64,000 nt of DNA from Fidelibacterota bacterium (GTDB lineage Bacteria > Fidelibacterota > Marinisomatia > Marinisomatales > Marinisomataceae). A model generated the notes under the pieces. That model did not search any database. It saw only the letters and a list, made by a program, of their open reading frames with translations, and had not been told where the DNA came from. The DNA is taken from NCBI GenBank assembly GCA_045560295.1, contig JBJKZL010000004.1, positions 1,868 to 65,867 of the forward strand, in the 5' to 3' direction. Of the stretch, positions 1-10,310 are shown piece by piece. The stretch's first letter is position 1. The number at the start of each line of letters is the position of its first letter. The position numbers and the translations under genes were made by a program.

Positions 1-249
1 AGGTTTATCTTGAACAGCATAAGAAATTTTAATTCCTAAATGTGACCCATTACCAAGCAACATTCTAAAACTATCTATGGAATTTCCAGATGTAATAATC
101 AATATATCTTTAACTCCAGCCAACATCATAGTTGATAATGGATAATATATCATGGGTTTATCATATACAGGTAATAAGTGCTTGTTAACTGACACTGAGG
201 TTGGATGTAATCGTGACGCTGTGCCTCCTGCTAAAATAATACCTTTCAT
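1..249 (-). CDS. rfbA: Glucose-1-phosphate thymidylyltransferase, partial (runs off the window start)
   Basis: Hand translation from ATG at 249 gives [45 protein letters not shown]. The ATG overlaps the rfbB TAA (TAATG). Confidence 0.93.
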   Translation of the reverse strand, partial: MKGIILAGGTASRLHPTSVSVNKHLLPVYDKPMIYYPLSTMMLAGVKDILIITSGNSIDSFRMLLGNGSHLGIKISYAVQDKP

Positions 250-1291
250 TATATTACTCCTAATCTTTCTTGTTTATACTTTATTTTTTCGTACCAGTCT
301 CTATTACTAAGATACCACTTTATAGTTTTCTGAATTCCTGATTGAAAATTTTCTTTAGGAACCCACTTTAATTCGTTTTTGATTTTTGATGCATCTATAG
401 CGTATCTAAAGTCATGTCCCGGCCTATCTTGAACAAATTTAATTAAATCGTTATATGATTTATCATTATCTAAAGGTCTTTGCTTATCCATTATTTCACA
501 TATAGAATTAACGATTTCAATATTTTTAATTTCATTATTGCCACCGATGTTATATGTATGTCCAATTCTTCCATTCAAAAGAACTTCATAAATTGCATCG
601 CAATGATCTGTAACAAATAACCAATCTCTTACATTCTCTCCATTACCATAAACTGGCAAATCTTTTCCTTCAAGACAATTCATCACCATTAAAGGAATTA
701 ACTTTTCTGGAAACTGATATGGACCATAATTGTTAGAACAATTAGTAATAATAGTAGGCAGATTAAAAGTATGGTGCCAAGCATTTACAAGGTGATCGGA
801 ACTAGCCTTTGATGCTGAATATGGACTAGTAGGGCTATAAGGTGTTTCTTCTGAAAAAAACCTTCATCACCTAAACTACCATATACTTCATCTGTTGAAA
901 CATGTATGAATCTAAAATTATCTTCTTGATTTGAATCATAATACCTTCTTGAAGACTCTAGCAAATTAGCTGTTCCTACAATGTTAGTATGTACAAATTC
1001 CATTGGACCATCAATTGATCTATCGACATGGGACTCAGCAGCAAAATTAATAACTGCATTTGGGTGAAAATCTCTAAAGATATCATCTACAATATTTTTG
1101 GTATTAATATCACCATTAACAAAAGTGTATCGGCTACTAGAAGCAATATCTTTGAGATTATCTTGATTACCAGCATAAGTCAATTTATCTAAATTGATAA
1201 TGCTATTATCTGTATGCTGAATTTGATTAATAATGAAATTACTACCTATAAATCCACAGCCCCCAGTTATAAATAGAGTTTTCTTATTCAT
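249..1291 (-). CDS. rfbB: dTDP-glucose 4,6-dehydratase, split by one frameshift at the A7 run 854-860
   Basis: N-part has [18 protein letters not shown] and STDEVYG. The shifted frame continues PYSASK...[17 protein letters not shown] into the C-part with [12 protein letters not shown]. Confidence 0.93.
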
Positions 1292-2246
1292 GAATAATCT
1301 TTAGGAAGAGTAAAATTAATATCTCTTAAGCATAATATAGCATATATAGAAAATAGAAATAGTAGAGAGATTAAAAAACTTAACCTAAAGCTTGGGCTAC
1401 TATGTTTAATAGGCTCAATAGGATCATCAATAAATGATGCTATATTACTTAAGTTATTTTTTCTATTTCAAATACTTCATATTTGTCTCTTAATGATAAA
1501 AAAATTGATTTTTCAATATTAATCTCTGTAACTATTTTATCAAGCTCATAGGTTAATTGAGGAGATCTTATATCAACATTTGATTTAATAAAAGCTATTT
1601 TCTTTTTCTGAAGTGCATCTAAATTGTTAGATACTTTATCTACTCGTAGTTTAGTATAGTTCATTTGAGAATCTAGGTTTTCATTTCTTTTTTCTAGCTG
1701 TAAATAATTAAATATATCAAAAAGCTCTAAAGCTAAAATTAGCGAAAGTGATTTATCAAAAGTTCTAATATCAACTGTAGTAATTTCTGTCATTCTATTT
1801 CTAGAAACAGAAATAATATTACTTTTAAAAAAGTCAATTATTAGCAGATCTAGTTCATATTCTGAAACACCTTTTTTCTTGGCTTTATTAAAATATTTTT
1901 CTAAAAAAATATCCTTTATTTGTCTTTCTTGAGACTCAAAAATAATATTTGAGTGCATTAATTTTTTAATTAAACGATTGCTTGTGACTATGTCTGGATA
2001 TAGTACTGAAGAATTATAATTTACTGAGCTCCCTATTGGAAGATTAACTCCAAAGCTGCCCAATAATGAAGATGAACTTTGATTAGATTCTGATGGTATA
2101 ATTTCCATACTTGAAGTGTAAGATCTTTCAACAAAAGAATAATATAGACCGAATATAATAAACCAGCCTATAAATATAGATACAAATAGATTTTTTTGCC
2201 TATAAATAGACTTTTTTAGTGTCTCTAAATTAATGTTTTCAATCAT
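1288..2246 (-). CDS. Wzz/GNVR-type polysaccharide chain-length determinant, frameshifted at the T6 run 1457-1462
   Basis: N-terminal TM and coiled coil. The shifted frame supplies IDDPIEPIKHSSP plus a second TM and ends at TGA 1288-1290, overlapping the rfbB ATG. Confidence 0.75.
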
Positions 2247-2445
2247 TGTTATATATAACTTGAATCAAAAGAAATTTATGGTGTAGCATATCACTAATAC
2301 AATAATTAATATTAGATAATATTTTAACTAAAAAATGAAAAGCGTTACCAAGGGATAAGTAATAAATAAAAATTATTTATATTGTTTTAATAAATCTTGG
2401 ATTAAAATTTTTGAATATATCAATATTAGATTGTAAAAATTTTAG

Positions 2446-2519
2446 GGGCCCATAGCTCAATTGGTTAGAGCAACGGACTCATAATCCGCAGGTTCGGGGT
2501 TCAAGTCCCTGTGGGCCCA
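2446..2519 (+). tRNA. tRNA with CAT anticodon, most likely tRNA-Ile2 (lysidine type) rather than Met; CCA not encoded
   Basis: Acceptor GGGCCCA/TGGGCCC, D-arm TAGCTCAATTGGTTAGAGC, anticodon loop CTCATAA, T-loop TTCAAGT. Confidence 0.92.
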
Positions 2520-2522
2520 CAA

Positions 2523-3428
2523 ATGAGTAGTCATTCATATATATCGAATTCCAAAAATGAAGATATTTTTGTTAATATAAACGGAAAATTATTTCATAGA
2601 AGCGAAGCAAAAATCTCTGTTTTTGATAGCGGCTTTTTACTAGGAGATGGTGTTTGGGAAGGCATTCGCCTTCATAAATCAAATCTAGTTTTTATTGAAG
2701 ATCATTTAGATAGATTATACGCAAGCGCTTATGGTATTTCATTGGATATTTCTTACTCAAGAGAAGAAATAATTTATCAAATAAATAAAGTGCTGCATAA
2801 AAATAATATGGATGACGACATACATATTCGTTTAGTTGTGTCTAGGGGAGATAAGATTACCCCGTATCAGAATCCTAACGCAAATATTGGGCCAATTAAT
2901 TTAGTAATTATTCCTGAGTATAAAAAAACAGATCCCAATACATATTTGAGAGGAATAAATATTGGTAGAGTTCCTAATATTAGACCTAATGAAAGCATAT
3001 TAAGTCCACACTACAATACTCTAAGCAAACTTAATTGCATTTTAGCAAGTATAGAGGCAAATAAGCTTCAATATGATGAAGGCATTATGAATGATATGAA
3101 TGGCAATATTAGTACATGTAATTCGACCAATCTTTTTTTTATTAAAAATGAAAAAGTTTTGACTTCTTCTGGAGAATATTGTTTAAATGGAATTACAAGA
3201 GGAAAAGCTATCTGGATATGTAATCAAAATAATATAGAATGCTCTGAAACTAATTTTACATTCGAAGATATTAATGATTGTAATGAAGCTTTTGTAACGG
3301 GTACATTTGCAGGTATTATTCCTGTATCACAACTAGAAGGTAGGAAATTAGAATCTACTGATTCTGATTCTTTAGTTAATAAAATTAGAATGCTTTATAA
3401 TAAAGAAATTGAAAACTACATAGGCTAG
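2523..3428 (+). CDS. Aminotransferase class IV (BCAT/D-amino-acid aminotransferase-like)
   Basis: SVFDSGFLLGDGVWEGIR, HLDRL, LNGITRG, EAFVTGTFAG. ATG 2523 is preferred because the track's GTG 2511 lies inside the tRNA. Confidence 0.88.
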   Translation: MSSHSYISNSKNEDIFVNINGKLFHRSEAKISVFDSGFLLGDGVWEGIRLHKSNLVFIEDHLDRLYASAYGISLDISYSREEIIYQINKVLHKNNMDDDIHIRLVVSRGDKITPYQNPNANIGPINLVIIPEYKKTDPNTYLRGINIGRVPNIRPNESILSPHYNTLSKLNCILASIEANKLQYDEGIMNDMNGNISTCNSTNLFFIKNEKVLTSSGEYCLNGITRGKAIWICNQNNIECSETNFTFEDINDCNEAFVTGTFAGIIPVSQLEGRKLESTDSDSLVNKIRMLYNKEIENYIG

Positions 3429-3429
3429 T

Positions 3430-4149
3430 ATGAAAATTGCTTGCTGGTCAGGACCTAGGAATATATCTACAGCTTTAATGAGATCTTGGTCGTCTAGAAA
3501 TGATACATTTGTGTCTGATGAACCTTTTTATGCTTACTATCTTAAAGAAAAAGGTTTAAAACATCCAATGTATAAAGAAATTATTGAAAATTATCCTAAT
3601 ACATATGATGATATCGTTACAAGTCTTATATCTGAAATACCTAACCATAAAGAACTTTGGTATCAGAAGCATATGGCGCATCACTTAATTAATTTAGAAA
3701 ATTTTGAATGGGTCAAAAAATTTTATAATTGTTTTTTAATTAGACATCCTAAAAGAGTAATTAATTCTTATATAAAAAAAAATGAATTAACTCATATTAA
3801 TGAACTTGGCTATACTCAACAGTATGAGATAATGAATTATCTTAAAAAGGTTGATAAAAATTTTACTGTTATCGATGCAGATATATTATTAAAAAATCCT
3901 AAAATGATTCTAAATAAGTGGTGTAAAAAAATGGAAATCAGATTTGATAAAAATATGCTAAAATGGGAAAAAAAATACTATCCTTATGATGGTATATGGG
4001 CAAAGCATTGGTATGATTCTGTTATAGAAACAAATACCTTTTCAATAAATATATCAATTGGTGAAAGACTAACAGATAAAAAACACTTGTCAATATATCA
4101 TGAATCTTTGGAGTACTATAATGAAATCCTTAAGTATGCTATAAATTGA
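3430..4149 (+). CDS. Sulfotransferase-like P-loop protein
   Basis: N-terminal WSGPRNISTALMRS (PAPS 5'-phosphosulfate loop-like), DEPFY, QKHMAHH, LIRHP. Confidence 0.78.
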   Translation: MKIACWSGPRNISTALMRSWSSRNDTFVSDEPFYAYYLKEKGLKHPMYKEIIENYPNTYDDIVTSLISEIPNHKELWYQKHMAHHLINLENFEWVKKFYNCFLIRHPKRVINSYIKKNELTHINELGYTQQYEIMNYLKKVDKNFTVIDADILLKNPKMILNKWCKKMEIRFDKNMLKWEKKYYPYDGIWAKHWYDSVIETNTFSINISIGERLTDKKHLSIYHESLEYYNEILKYAIN

Positions 4150-4169
4150 AAATTTATAGTATAGATAAG

Positions 4170-5027
4170 CTAGTCAATTTTTTTAAAATACTTTTCATCG
4201 ATTCTACGCAATGTTGCAAAATCTTTATCCTGTCTTAGTTTGTCTTGAAAGGATTTTTCCTCCCATGCATCCCATGGAGCTGATATAAATTTCCCAGTTA
4301 TTCCATCAGAATCTTCTGATAATAAAAATGAGCATAAATCAGCAGCTTTTTCAGGGGGCACCCCTCCATCTTCAATTTGTTTTTTAGTATTTTCATAGAA
4401 TCCGGATCCAGCTTTATCAGATCCAGCGCTAATAGTTTTTTTATGGAGCCTTGTTATGACAAAACCAGGTGCTATACAGTTAATATCAAATTTACTATCA
4501 TTCAGTTCAAGAGCAATATTTTCTGTAAACCTTATAATTGCCGCTTTACTTGAAGCATATGCAGAATAATTAGGAAAAGGAGAGGCACCTCCACCTCCAG
4601 AAAAATTAACAATTTTCTTACTTTTATTCGAAACCAACATAGGAGAGAAAATATTACACATGTATACAGTGCCAAGTAAATTAACTTGAATAGCTTCAGA
4701 AAAATCGCTCATGTCTACTTTATGAGTCTTCCCAATTGGCCCATAAATTCCGGCGCAGTTCACTAATCCATTAATCTCTAAACCTTTATCATTAACCCAC
4801 TTAGCAAATTTATTAACACAATTTAAGTTTCCAACATCCAGAGAATATGTAAGATGATTTTTATTAGAAATATTTTTTAATGTATTTAAAGAGTTATTAA
4901 GATCGTTTTCATTGCGAGCAGCAATAATAACTTCGGCTCCTTCATTTGCACATTTTTTAGCAACGGCCAAACCAATACCTAAACTACCTCCAGTAATGAT
5001 AATTCTTTTTGATGTTAAGCTTTTCAT
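4170..5027 (-). CDS. SDR family oxidoreductase
   Basis: TGGSLGIG, NCAG, YASSK catalytic motif. Confidence 0.9.
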   Translation of the reverse strand: MKSLTSKRIIITGGSLGIGLAVAKKCANEGAEVIIAARNENDLNNSLNTLKNISNKNHLTYSLDVGNLNCVNKFAKWVNDKGLEINGLVNCAGIYGPIGKTHKVDMSDFSEAIQVNLLGTVYMCNIFSPMLVSNKSKKIVNFSGGGGASPFPNYSAYASSKAAIIRFTENIALELNDSKFDINCIAPGFVITRLHKKTISAGSDKAGSGFYENTKKQIEDGGVPPEKAADLCSFLLSEDSDGITGKFISAPWDAWEEKSFQDKLRQDKDFATLRRIDEKYFKKID

Positions 5028-6328
5028 AGTGACTTCTTTCCTAATGAATAATATTTAAATCCTTTTTCTTTTAAAGATACTCCATTAAGATAATTTTTAG
5101 TATCAAAAATGATATTTGTATTTAATGAATCTTTTATATCAGACCAGTCAAAGTCTTTAAACACCGGCCATTCAGTAAGCAAAACTAACATATCAACATC
5201 AGCTGATACTTCTTTAATACTATTTGCAATTATAAATTTTGAATTAAAACTTAATTCTGAATAATCAGCTTTAGGGTCATAAGCCTTAACTTTTATTTCT
5301 TCATCAGTAAGTAAATTAATTATTTCTAATGGTAAGCTTCGTCTTAAGGTACTAGTACCTGGTTTATAAGTTAAGCCAAGCACGCCTACAGTAGCTTCTC
5401 TAGACGGGATTTTAAGAAGTTCAACAATTTTATCTTTAATGGTATTCTTTCTTTCAAGATTAGTTTTATGAATAAAACTAAATAATTTGGCATGACCTGA
5501 GAAATTTTTATTAAACTCCCCTAAAACTTTTAAATCTCTACCTAATGTTCCTCCAGAAAATCCTATTCCAGGAGATAAATAAGCTTTTTTCCCGATCCTT
5601 ATATCTGTCTTCATTCCATCTATAACATCATTCACATTTGCACCAGTTTGTTCACAAACGTCAGATAGATGATTGGCAAAAACGACGCTAGTTGCTAAAA
5701 ATGAATTAATCCCATGTTTTACCATTTCTGAACTCTCAAGATTCATAGATATGATGTGATTAGTAATATTTTCAAAAAGAGATCTACACCTTTTCTCAGT
5801 ATTGTTATTAGGTACTCCTAAAATAATTCTTCCAGGATTTAAGTAGCAATCTATTGCTTCACCTAAACGTAAATTTTCTGGAGAATAAGCAAGCTCAAGA
5901 GTGTCATTATAATTTTGAAGGTTTTTTCTCAGTAAAGAGCAATATCCGGCTGGTGATTGAGAACTAACGATAAGAATAGAATTATCTTTCATGATATTTT
6001 TTATATCATTAACAGATTTCTCTAGAATTGATAAGTCAACCGAGTCGTTATCAGATACTGGAGTATCATATGATAAAATAATAAAATTACACTCCTTAAG
6101 ATCTTCTAAACTATTAGAAAAATTCAAAGTACCTTTTTCAATAAATTTTTTAACGGTTTCTTCAAGATTAGGTTCAAAAACTGGAGCCATTCCTTGCGAT
6201 AGCCTATTTACACGCTCTTTATCATGATCAAATCCGACTACATTGAATCCTAATTTTGCCCAAGATGCACAAAGCACACTACCAAGATGCCAGAGTCCTA
6301 TTACACCAATTTTGTTAGATTTTTTCAA
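5024..6328 (-). CDS. UDP-glucose/GDP-mannose dehydrogenase family protein with an atypical active site
   Basis: GLWHLG Rossmann, SPENLRLG, GLTYKPGT, YDP. GFSGGTLGRD sits where GFGGSC is canonical. Confidence 0.85.
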   Translation of the reverse strand: MKKSNKIGVIGLWHLGSVLCASWAKLGFNVVGFDHDKERVNRLSQGMAPVFEPNLEETVKKFIEKGTLNFSNSLEDLKECNFIILSYDTPVSDNDSVDLSILEKSVNDIKNIMKDNSILIVSSQSPAGYCSLLRKNLQNYNDTLELAYSPENLRLGEAIDCYLNPGRIILGVPNNNTEKRCRSLFENITNHIISMNLESSEMVKHGINSFLATSVVFANHLSDVCEQTGANVNDVIDGMKTDIRIGKKAYLSPGIGFSGGTLGRDLKVLGEFNKNFSGHAKLFSFIHKTNLERKNTIKDKIVELLKIPSREATVGVLGLTYKPGTSTLRRSLPLEIINLLTDEEIKVKAYDPKADYSELSFNSKFIIANSIKEVSADVDMLVLLTEWPVFKDFDWSDIKDSLNTNIIFDTKNYLNGVSLKEKGFKYYSLGKKSL

Positions 6329-6453
6329 TTTTTTGTATTATTCGAAGAGTTAAATCAAGCTTAATTTTGATTTAATCATTTATTTATTTTTTAATGTAAT
6401 CAATTTTTATAATAAGAAAAAATAAATAAATGATGTAATATCATTGTATAGAT

Positions 6454-6651
6454 ATGAATATGTTATTAAAACTATGGAATCAGCCTAACTGGATTAAATG
6501 GATAGTATACTTTGCTATAGCCTATATACTTTTTGTAATAAAAGAAGCTTTTGCTATTGTTCTTTGGTTTTTATTTTGCATTCTATTATACTACATCATT
6601 TTTGCTAAGAATGTATTTCAATCAACAACCTATTATGAAAAAAAAATATAA
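6454..6651 (+). CDS. Small hypothetical membrane protein (about 2 TM)
   Basis: 65-aa hydrophobic ORF with ATG start filling the space before the peptidase. Confidence 0.5.
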   Translation: MNMLLKLWNQPNWIKWIVYFAIAYILFVIKEAFAIVLWFLFCILLYYIIFAKNVFQSTTYYEKKI

Positions 6652-8329
6652 AATATTACTTCTCATAACTCTTGGAGGTTTTATTTGGTTATTTTCTACT
6701 TTTGAAATATTCTCGTCAACAAATGAAAATAGGCCACATGGATCTCAAACAGATTTGCCAGAATTAACACGCAATAATTATTTGATGGGGTTTTTAAATG
6801 AATATCGCAGCTCATATGATGTATCTTATTATGATATCAATATAGATTTTGATATAGAACAAAAATCAATAGATGGCTTTGTAAATATTAAAGCAAAAAG
6901 TCTTGATAACATTGATACTCTTCAAGTAGATCTAGCTAAGAATTTAATTATTACTAAAATTCTTTATCAAGATAGCGCTGTTGATTATACTAGAGAAGAA
7001 GATGCTGTTATGGTGATATTTAATAAAACTATTGCTAAAGATACATTATTCGATTTTACAATTTATTATAGTGGAATACCTCAAGGTGCTGATAATCCAC
7101 CTTGGTCAGGGGGATTCACATGGTCTAAAGATAAAAATGATAGAGACTGGGTGGCAGTTTCTTGCGAAGGAGAAGGCGCAAGAATTTGGTGGCCTAATAA
7201 AGATCATATCACTGAAGAACCTGATAGCGTTAGAATGGCTTTCACAGTACCATCTAATTTAGTAGGCATTGGTAATGGCCAACTAAGAAGTATTATAGAC
7301 CAAAATAATAATAAGACTACCTACGAGTGGTTTGTGAATAATCCAATTAATAACTATAACATTTCTGTTCAAATAGGAAATTATGTTACGGTTCAAGATA
7401 CATTTATAAAAGATGATATGGTCCATTATATGGATCATTATGTTTTAGACTACAACGAAGAAATTGGAAAAAATTACTTCTTACAAGCAAAAGAAGTTAT
7501 TCGTTTCTATGAAAAATATTTTGGAGAGTATCAGTGGTGGAGCGATGGATATAAACTTATTGAAGTACCTTATTTAGGAATGGAGCATCAGTCCGCCGTA
7601 ACTTACGGAAATGGATTTAGTATCTATAATGGAGTTAGAAGTAGTAGCTGGGCTATGTACGGTGTAATTGATCCGCTCATCATTCATGAAACAGGTCATG
7701 AATGGTTTGGGAATAGTGTTACTGCAATAGATCCAACACATATATGGATTCATGAGGGATTACAAGTCTATTCTGAAGCATTATACTTTGAAGATAAATT
7801 CAATAGCTATCCAATAAGTGTTGATTACTTAAAAAGTATTAAATCTAGGATTCAAAATAAAATTCCTATCGTTGGTCCTGAGGATGAAAATTACTGGGCT
7901 TTAAATGGTGATACTTATATGAAAGGTGCTTGGGTAATGCATACGTTAAGAAGCGCTATAAATGATGACATTGTTTGGTTTGAAATATTAAAGGAATTCA
8001 TGACGGAAAATGCAAAAAGTCATGTAAGTACAGAAGATTTTTTTGATAAAGTAAAAGAAAAGACAGGCACTGATTATTTATACTTTTCTGAACAATATTT
8101 ATATAGCCCAAATCAACCTGAACTAGAGTATTACCAAACTGATTCTAGTTTTTCTTATAGATGGAATAATGTTAATGATAGTTTTGTTATGCCAATGGAT
8201 TTATTAGTAAATGGTGTCGAAAAAAGAGTTCTACCTAATCAAGAATTTCAATCCTTTGACATAACAGAGCACTCAACTATTGAAGTAATGGATTGGAAAT
8301 TTTATGTTAAGCCAATTCAAAAAAAATAA
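6635..8329 (+). CDS. M1 family metallo-aminopeptidase with an N-terminal signal/anchor
   Basis: GMEHQS and HETGHEWFGN-x-WIHEG (HEXXH-18-E), YMKGAW. The likely start is MKKKYKILLL at 6635. Confidence 0.9.
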   Translation: MKKKYKILLLITLGGFIWLFSTFEIFSSTNENRPHGSQTDLPELTRNNYLMGFLNEYRSSYDVSYYDINIDFDIEQKSIDGFVNIKAKSLDNIDTLQVDLAKNLIITKILYQDSAVDYTREEDAVMVIFNKTIAKDTLFDFTIYYSGIPQGADNPPWSGGFTWSKDKNDRDWVAVSCEGEGARIWWPNKDHITEEPDSVRMAFTVPSNLVGIGNGQLRSIIDQNNNKTTYEWFVNNPINNYNISVQIGNYVTVQDTFIKDDMVHYMDHYVLDYNEEIGKNYFLQAKEVIRFYEKYFGEYQWWSDGYKLIEVPYLGMEHQSAVTYGNGFSIYNGVRSSSWAMYGVIDPLIIHETGHEWFGNSVTAIDPTHIWIHEGLQVYSEALYFEDKFNSYPISVDYLKSIKSRIQNKIPIVGPEDENYWALNGDTYMKGAWVMHTLRSAINDDIVWFEILKEFMTENAKSHVSTEDFFDKVKEKTGTDYLYFSEQYLYSPNQPELEYYQTDSSFSYRWNNVNDSFVMPMDLLVNGVEKRVLPNQEFQSFDITEHSTIEVMDWKFYVKPIQKK

Positions 8330-9557
8330 TATCATAAATTACTACATAGGATTATTAGTAATACTACTTACATCACTTTATTCTCAAGATTTTGAAAATA
8401 AATATAGTTTGAATTTAAATTCTAATTTTTCTAATCAATGGTGGTCACAGTATAATAACTTTGGGCAAAAACCTTCAAGATTAAATTTCAGATATAATAG
8501 TGGATTTAAAAAAAATAAGACTCATTATTATTATTCATTCATTATTTCGAAAGATAGATTTAATGTCGGTGAATCATTTATTAAATCTCAATTGTTTAAA
8601 AATACCTACCTTAAAGTAGGAAAATACTATAAAGATTTTAGCCTTTATCTAAATGATAGTCTTAGTTCTGGATCAATGTTAATTAGCAACAATGCTGAGC
8701 CGATGCCAAAAATTGGTATTTTAAGCTCATATAATTATAAAGATTCAAATTTTATCTTTGGAATAGCACATGGATCTTTTCGAAAAAGTCAGATTTATAC
8801 CAAAGCTCCTTTTTTACATGAAAAATTTATATATCTAAATTTAATAAGAAATAATTATGAGTTTGGAATTGGTATTGTTCATGAAGCGATGTGGGGAGGT
8901 GCTACAGAAGATTTTGGTGATTTTGGTAATTCTTTTAAAGACTTTTTAAAAGTTTTCATTAGTGAGGATGGTCCTCTACTTGAGGGAGCTCCTCATGCTA
9001 ATGCTCTTGGTAATCATTTAGGTATTTGGGATTTTTATTATAAAAGAAAAATCAATAACAAAGATTTTAAATTATATTATCAACATTTTTTTGAAGATAC
9101 TAGTGGACTTAGATTTTCAAATAGACTAGATGGGCTATGGGGAATAGAGCTTACCAATTATATCAACAATACCAATATTTTAATAGAATACTTAAATACA
9201 GAAAATCAAGATAGGAAACCCCCTTATGTAAATGAAAATTATTACAATCATTCGCAATATACAGCTGGTTGGAGCTATAAAGGCTATACTCTTGGTAATC
9301 CTTTTATTAACCATTTAAATAATAATCCATCCAAGGTTTTGCATCTAGGAGTTAAAGGAAACATTTTTTCTAGCTTTGAACACCAATTAAAAATAGCTAG
9401 AAAAATTAATGTCAACGATGTGCTAAAATATCAAATAATTATTACTAAAAAATTTCAAGAAAAACGTCAAAATAAGATTTCTGATTTGAATATTTATATT
9501 ATGAATAATGAAGATATGAAAAATGGATTAGGGATTGGTATATCTTTAAAGCTATAA
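8304..9557 (+). CDS. Capsule assembly Wzi family outer-membrane protein
   Basis: SGSMLISNNAEPMPKI, GNHLGIWD and YYNHSQY...GWSY motifs. The start codon is uncertain. Confidence 0.78.
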   Translation: MLSQFKKNNIINYYIGLLVILLTSLYSQDFENKYSLNLNSNFSNQWWSQYNNFGQKPSRLNFRYNSGFKKNKTHYYYSFIISKDRFNVGESFIKSQLFKNTYLKVGKYYKDFSLYLNDSLSSGSMLISNNAEPMPKIGILSSYNYKDSNFIFGIAHGSFRKSQIYTKAPFLHEKFIYLNLIRNNYEFGIGIVHEAMWGGATEDFGDFGNSFKDFLKVFISEDGPLLEGAPHANALGNHLGIWDFYYKRKINNKDFKLYYQHFFEDTSGLRFSNRLDGLWGIELTNYINNTNILIEYLNTENQDRKPPYVNENYYNHSQYTAGWSYKGYTLGNPFINHLNNNPSKVLHLGVKGNIFSSFEHQLKIARKINVNDVLKYQIIITKKFQEKRQNKISDLNIYIMNNEDMKNGLGIGISLKL

Positions 9558-10298
9558 TTAACCCAGGGTTCCTTGTTTTACTATTGCATTTTGTCTTGTT
9601 TCTAGAATATCATCTGAAATTAAATATCTTTTACTTTCTACCTGGAATGGAGTGCTTAATTGATATATAAGCGGTACTCCTGTTGGAATATTAATGTCCA
9701 TTATATCTTTTGAATTTAATTTTTCTAGGATTTTGACAATAGCTCTAAGAGAGTTACTATGAGCTACAATTAAATGATTACCCTTTTTTTCACTTATAAA
9801 CTTTACATATTTTTTCCAAAATGGATCTAATCTTTTTATAACATCTTTTAAACTTTCACCCGTTGGAAGAGGCTCTTTAATATATTGAAATTTTTTTTCG
9901 AATTTTGGATGTCGGTCATCGATTTCAGATAAAGGTGGTGGAGATATATCAAAGCTTCTTCTCCATATATGTACTTGTTTTTCACCGTATTTTTTAGCTG
10001 TTTCTGATTTATTTAAACCTTGTAATGCTCCATAGTGTCTTTCATTCAATCTCCAGTCATATTTAATGTTATCTACCGGGAATCCTATAATTTTTGCAAC
10101 AATATCTGTAGTTTGAGTTGCTCTAGCTAAAAGAGATGTATATATACTATTAATTTGGATATTTTCTTCGGCTAATTTTCTACCTGCAAAATTAGCTTCA
10201 TCAATACCATTACTTGTTAAGACAACATCTTTCCATCCTGTAAATCTATTAGATAAATTCCATTCGCTTTCACCGTGCCTTAAAAGGATTAATTTCAT
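9558..10298 (-). CDS. gpmA: 2,3-bisphosphoglycerate-dependent phosphoglycerate mutase
   Basis: LRHGESEWN, RFTGW, LNERHYGALQGLNK, AHSNSLR. Confidence 0.95.
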   Translation of the reverse strand: MKLILLRHGESEWNLSNRFTGWKDVVLTSNGIDEANFAGRKLAEENIQINSIYTSLLARATQTTDIVAKIIGFPVDNIKYDWRLNERHYGALQGLNKSETAKKYGEKQVHIWRRSFDISPPPLSEIDDRHPKFEKKFQYIKEPLPTGESLKDVIKRLDPFWKKYVKFISEKKGNHLIVAHSNSLRAIVKILEKLNSKDIMDINIPTGVPLIYQLSTPFQVESKRYLISDDILETRQNAIVKQGTLG

Positions 10299-10310
10299 GA
10301 TTTGAAAATT

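Noticed and set aside
2247..2445. Longest AT-rich intergenic stretch, considered as oriC, CRISPR leader or ncRNA
   Set aside because: No DnaA-box cluster, repeats or stable structure seen. It is adequately explained as divergent promoters for wzz and the tRNA.
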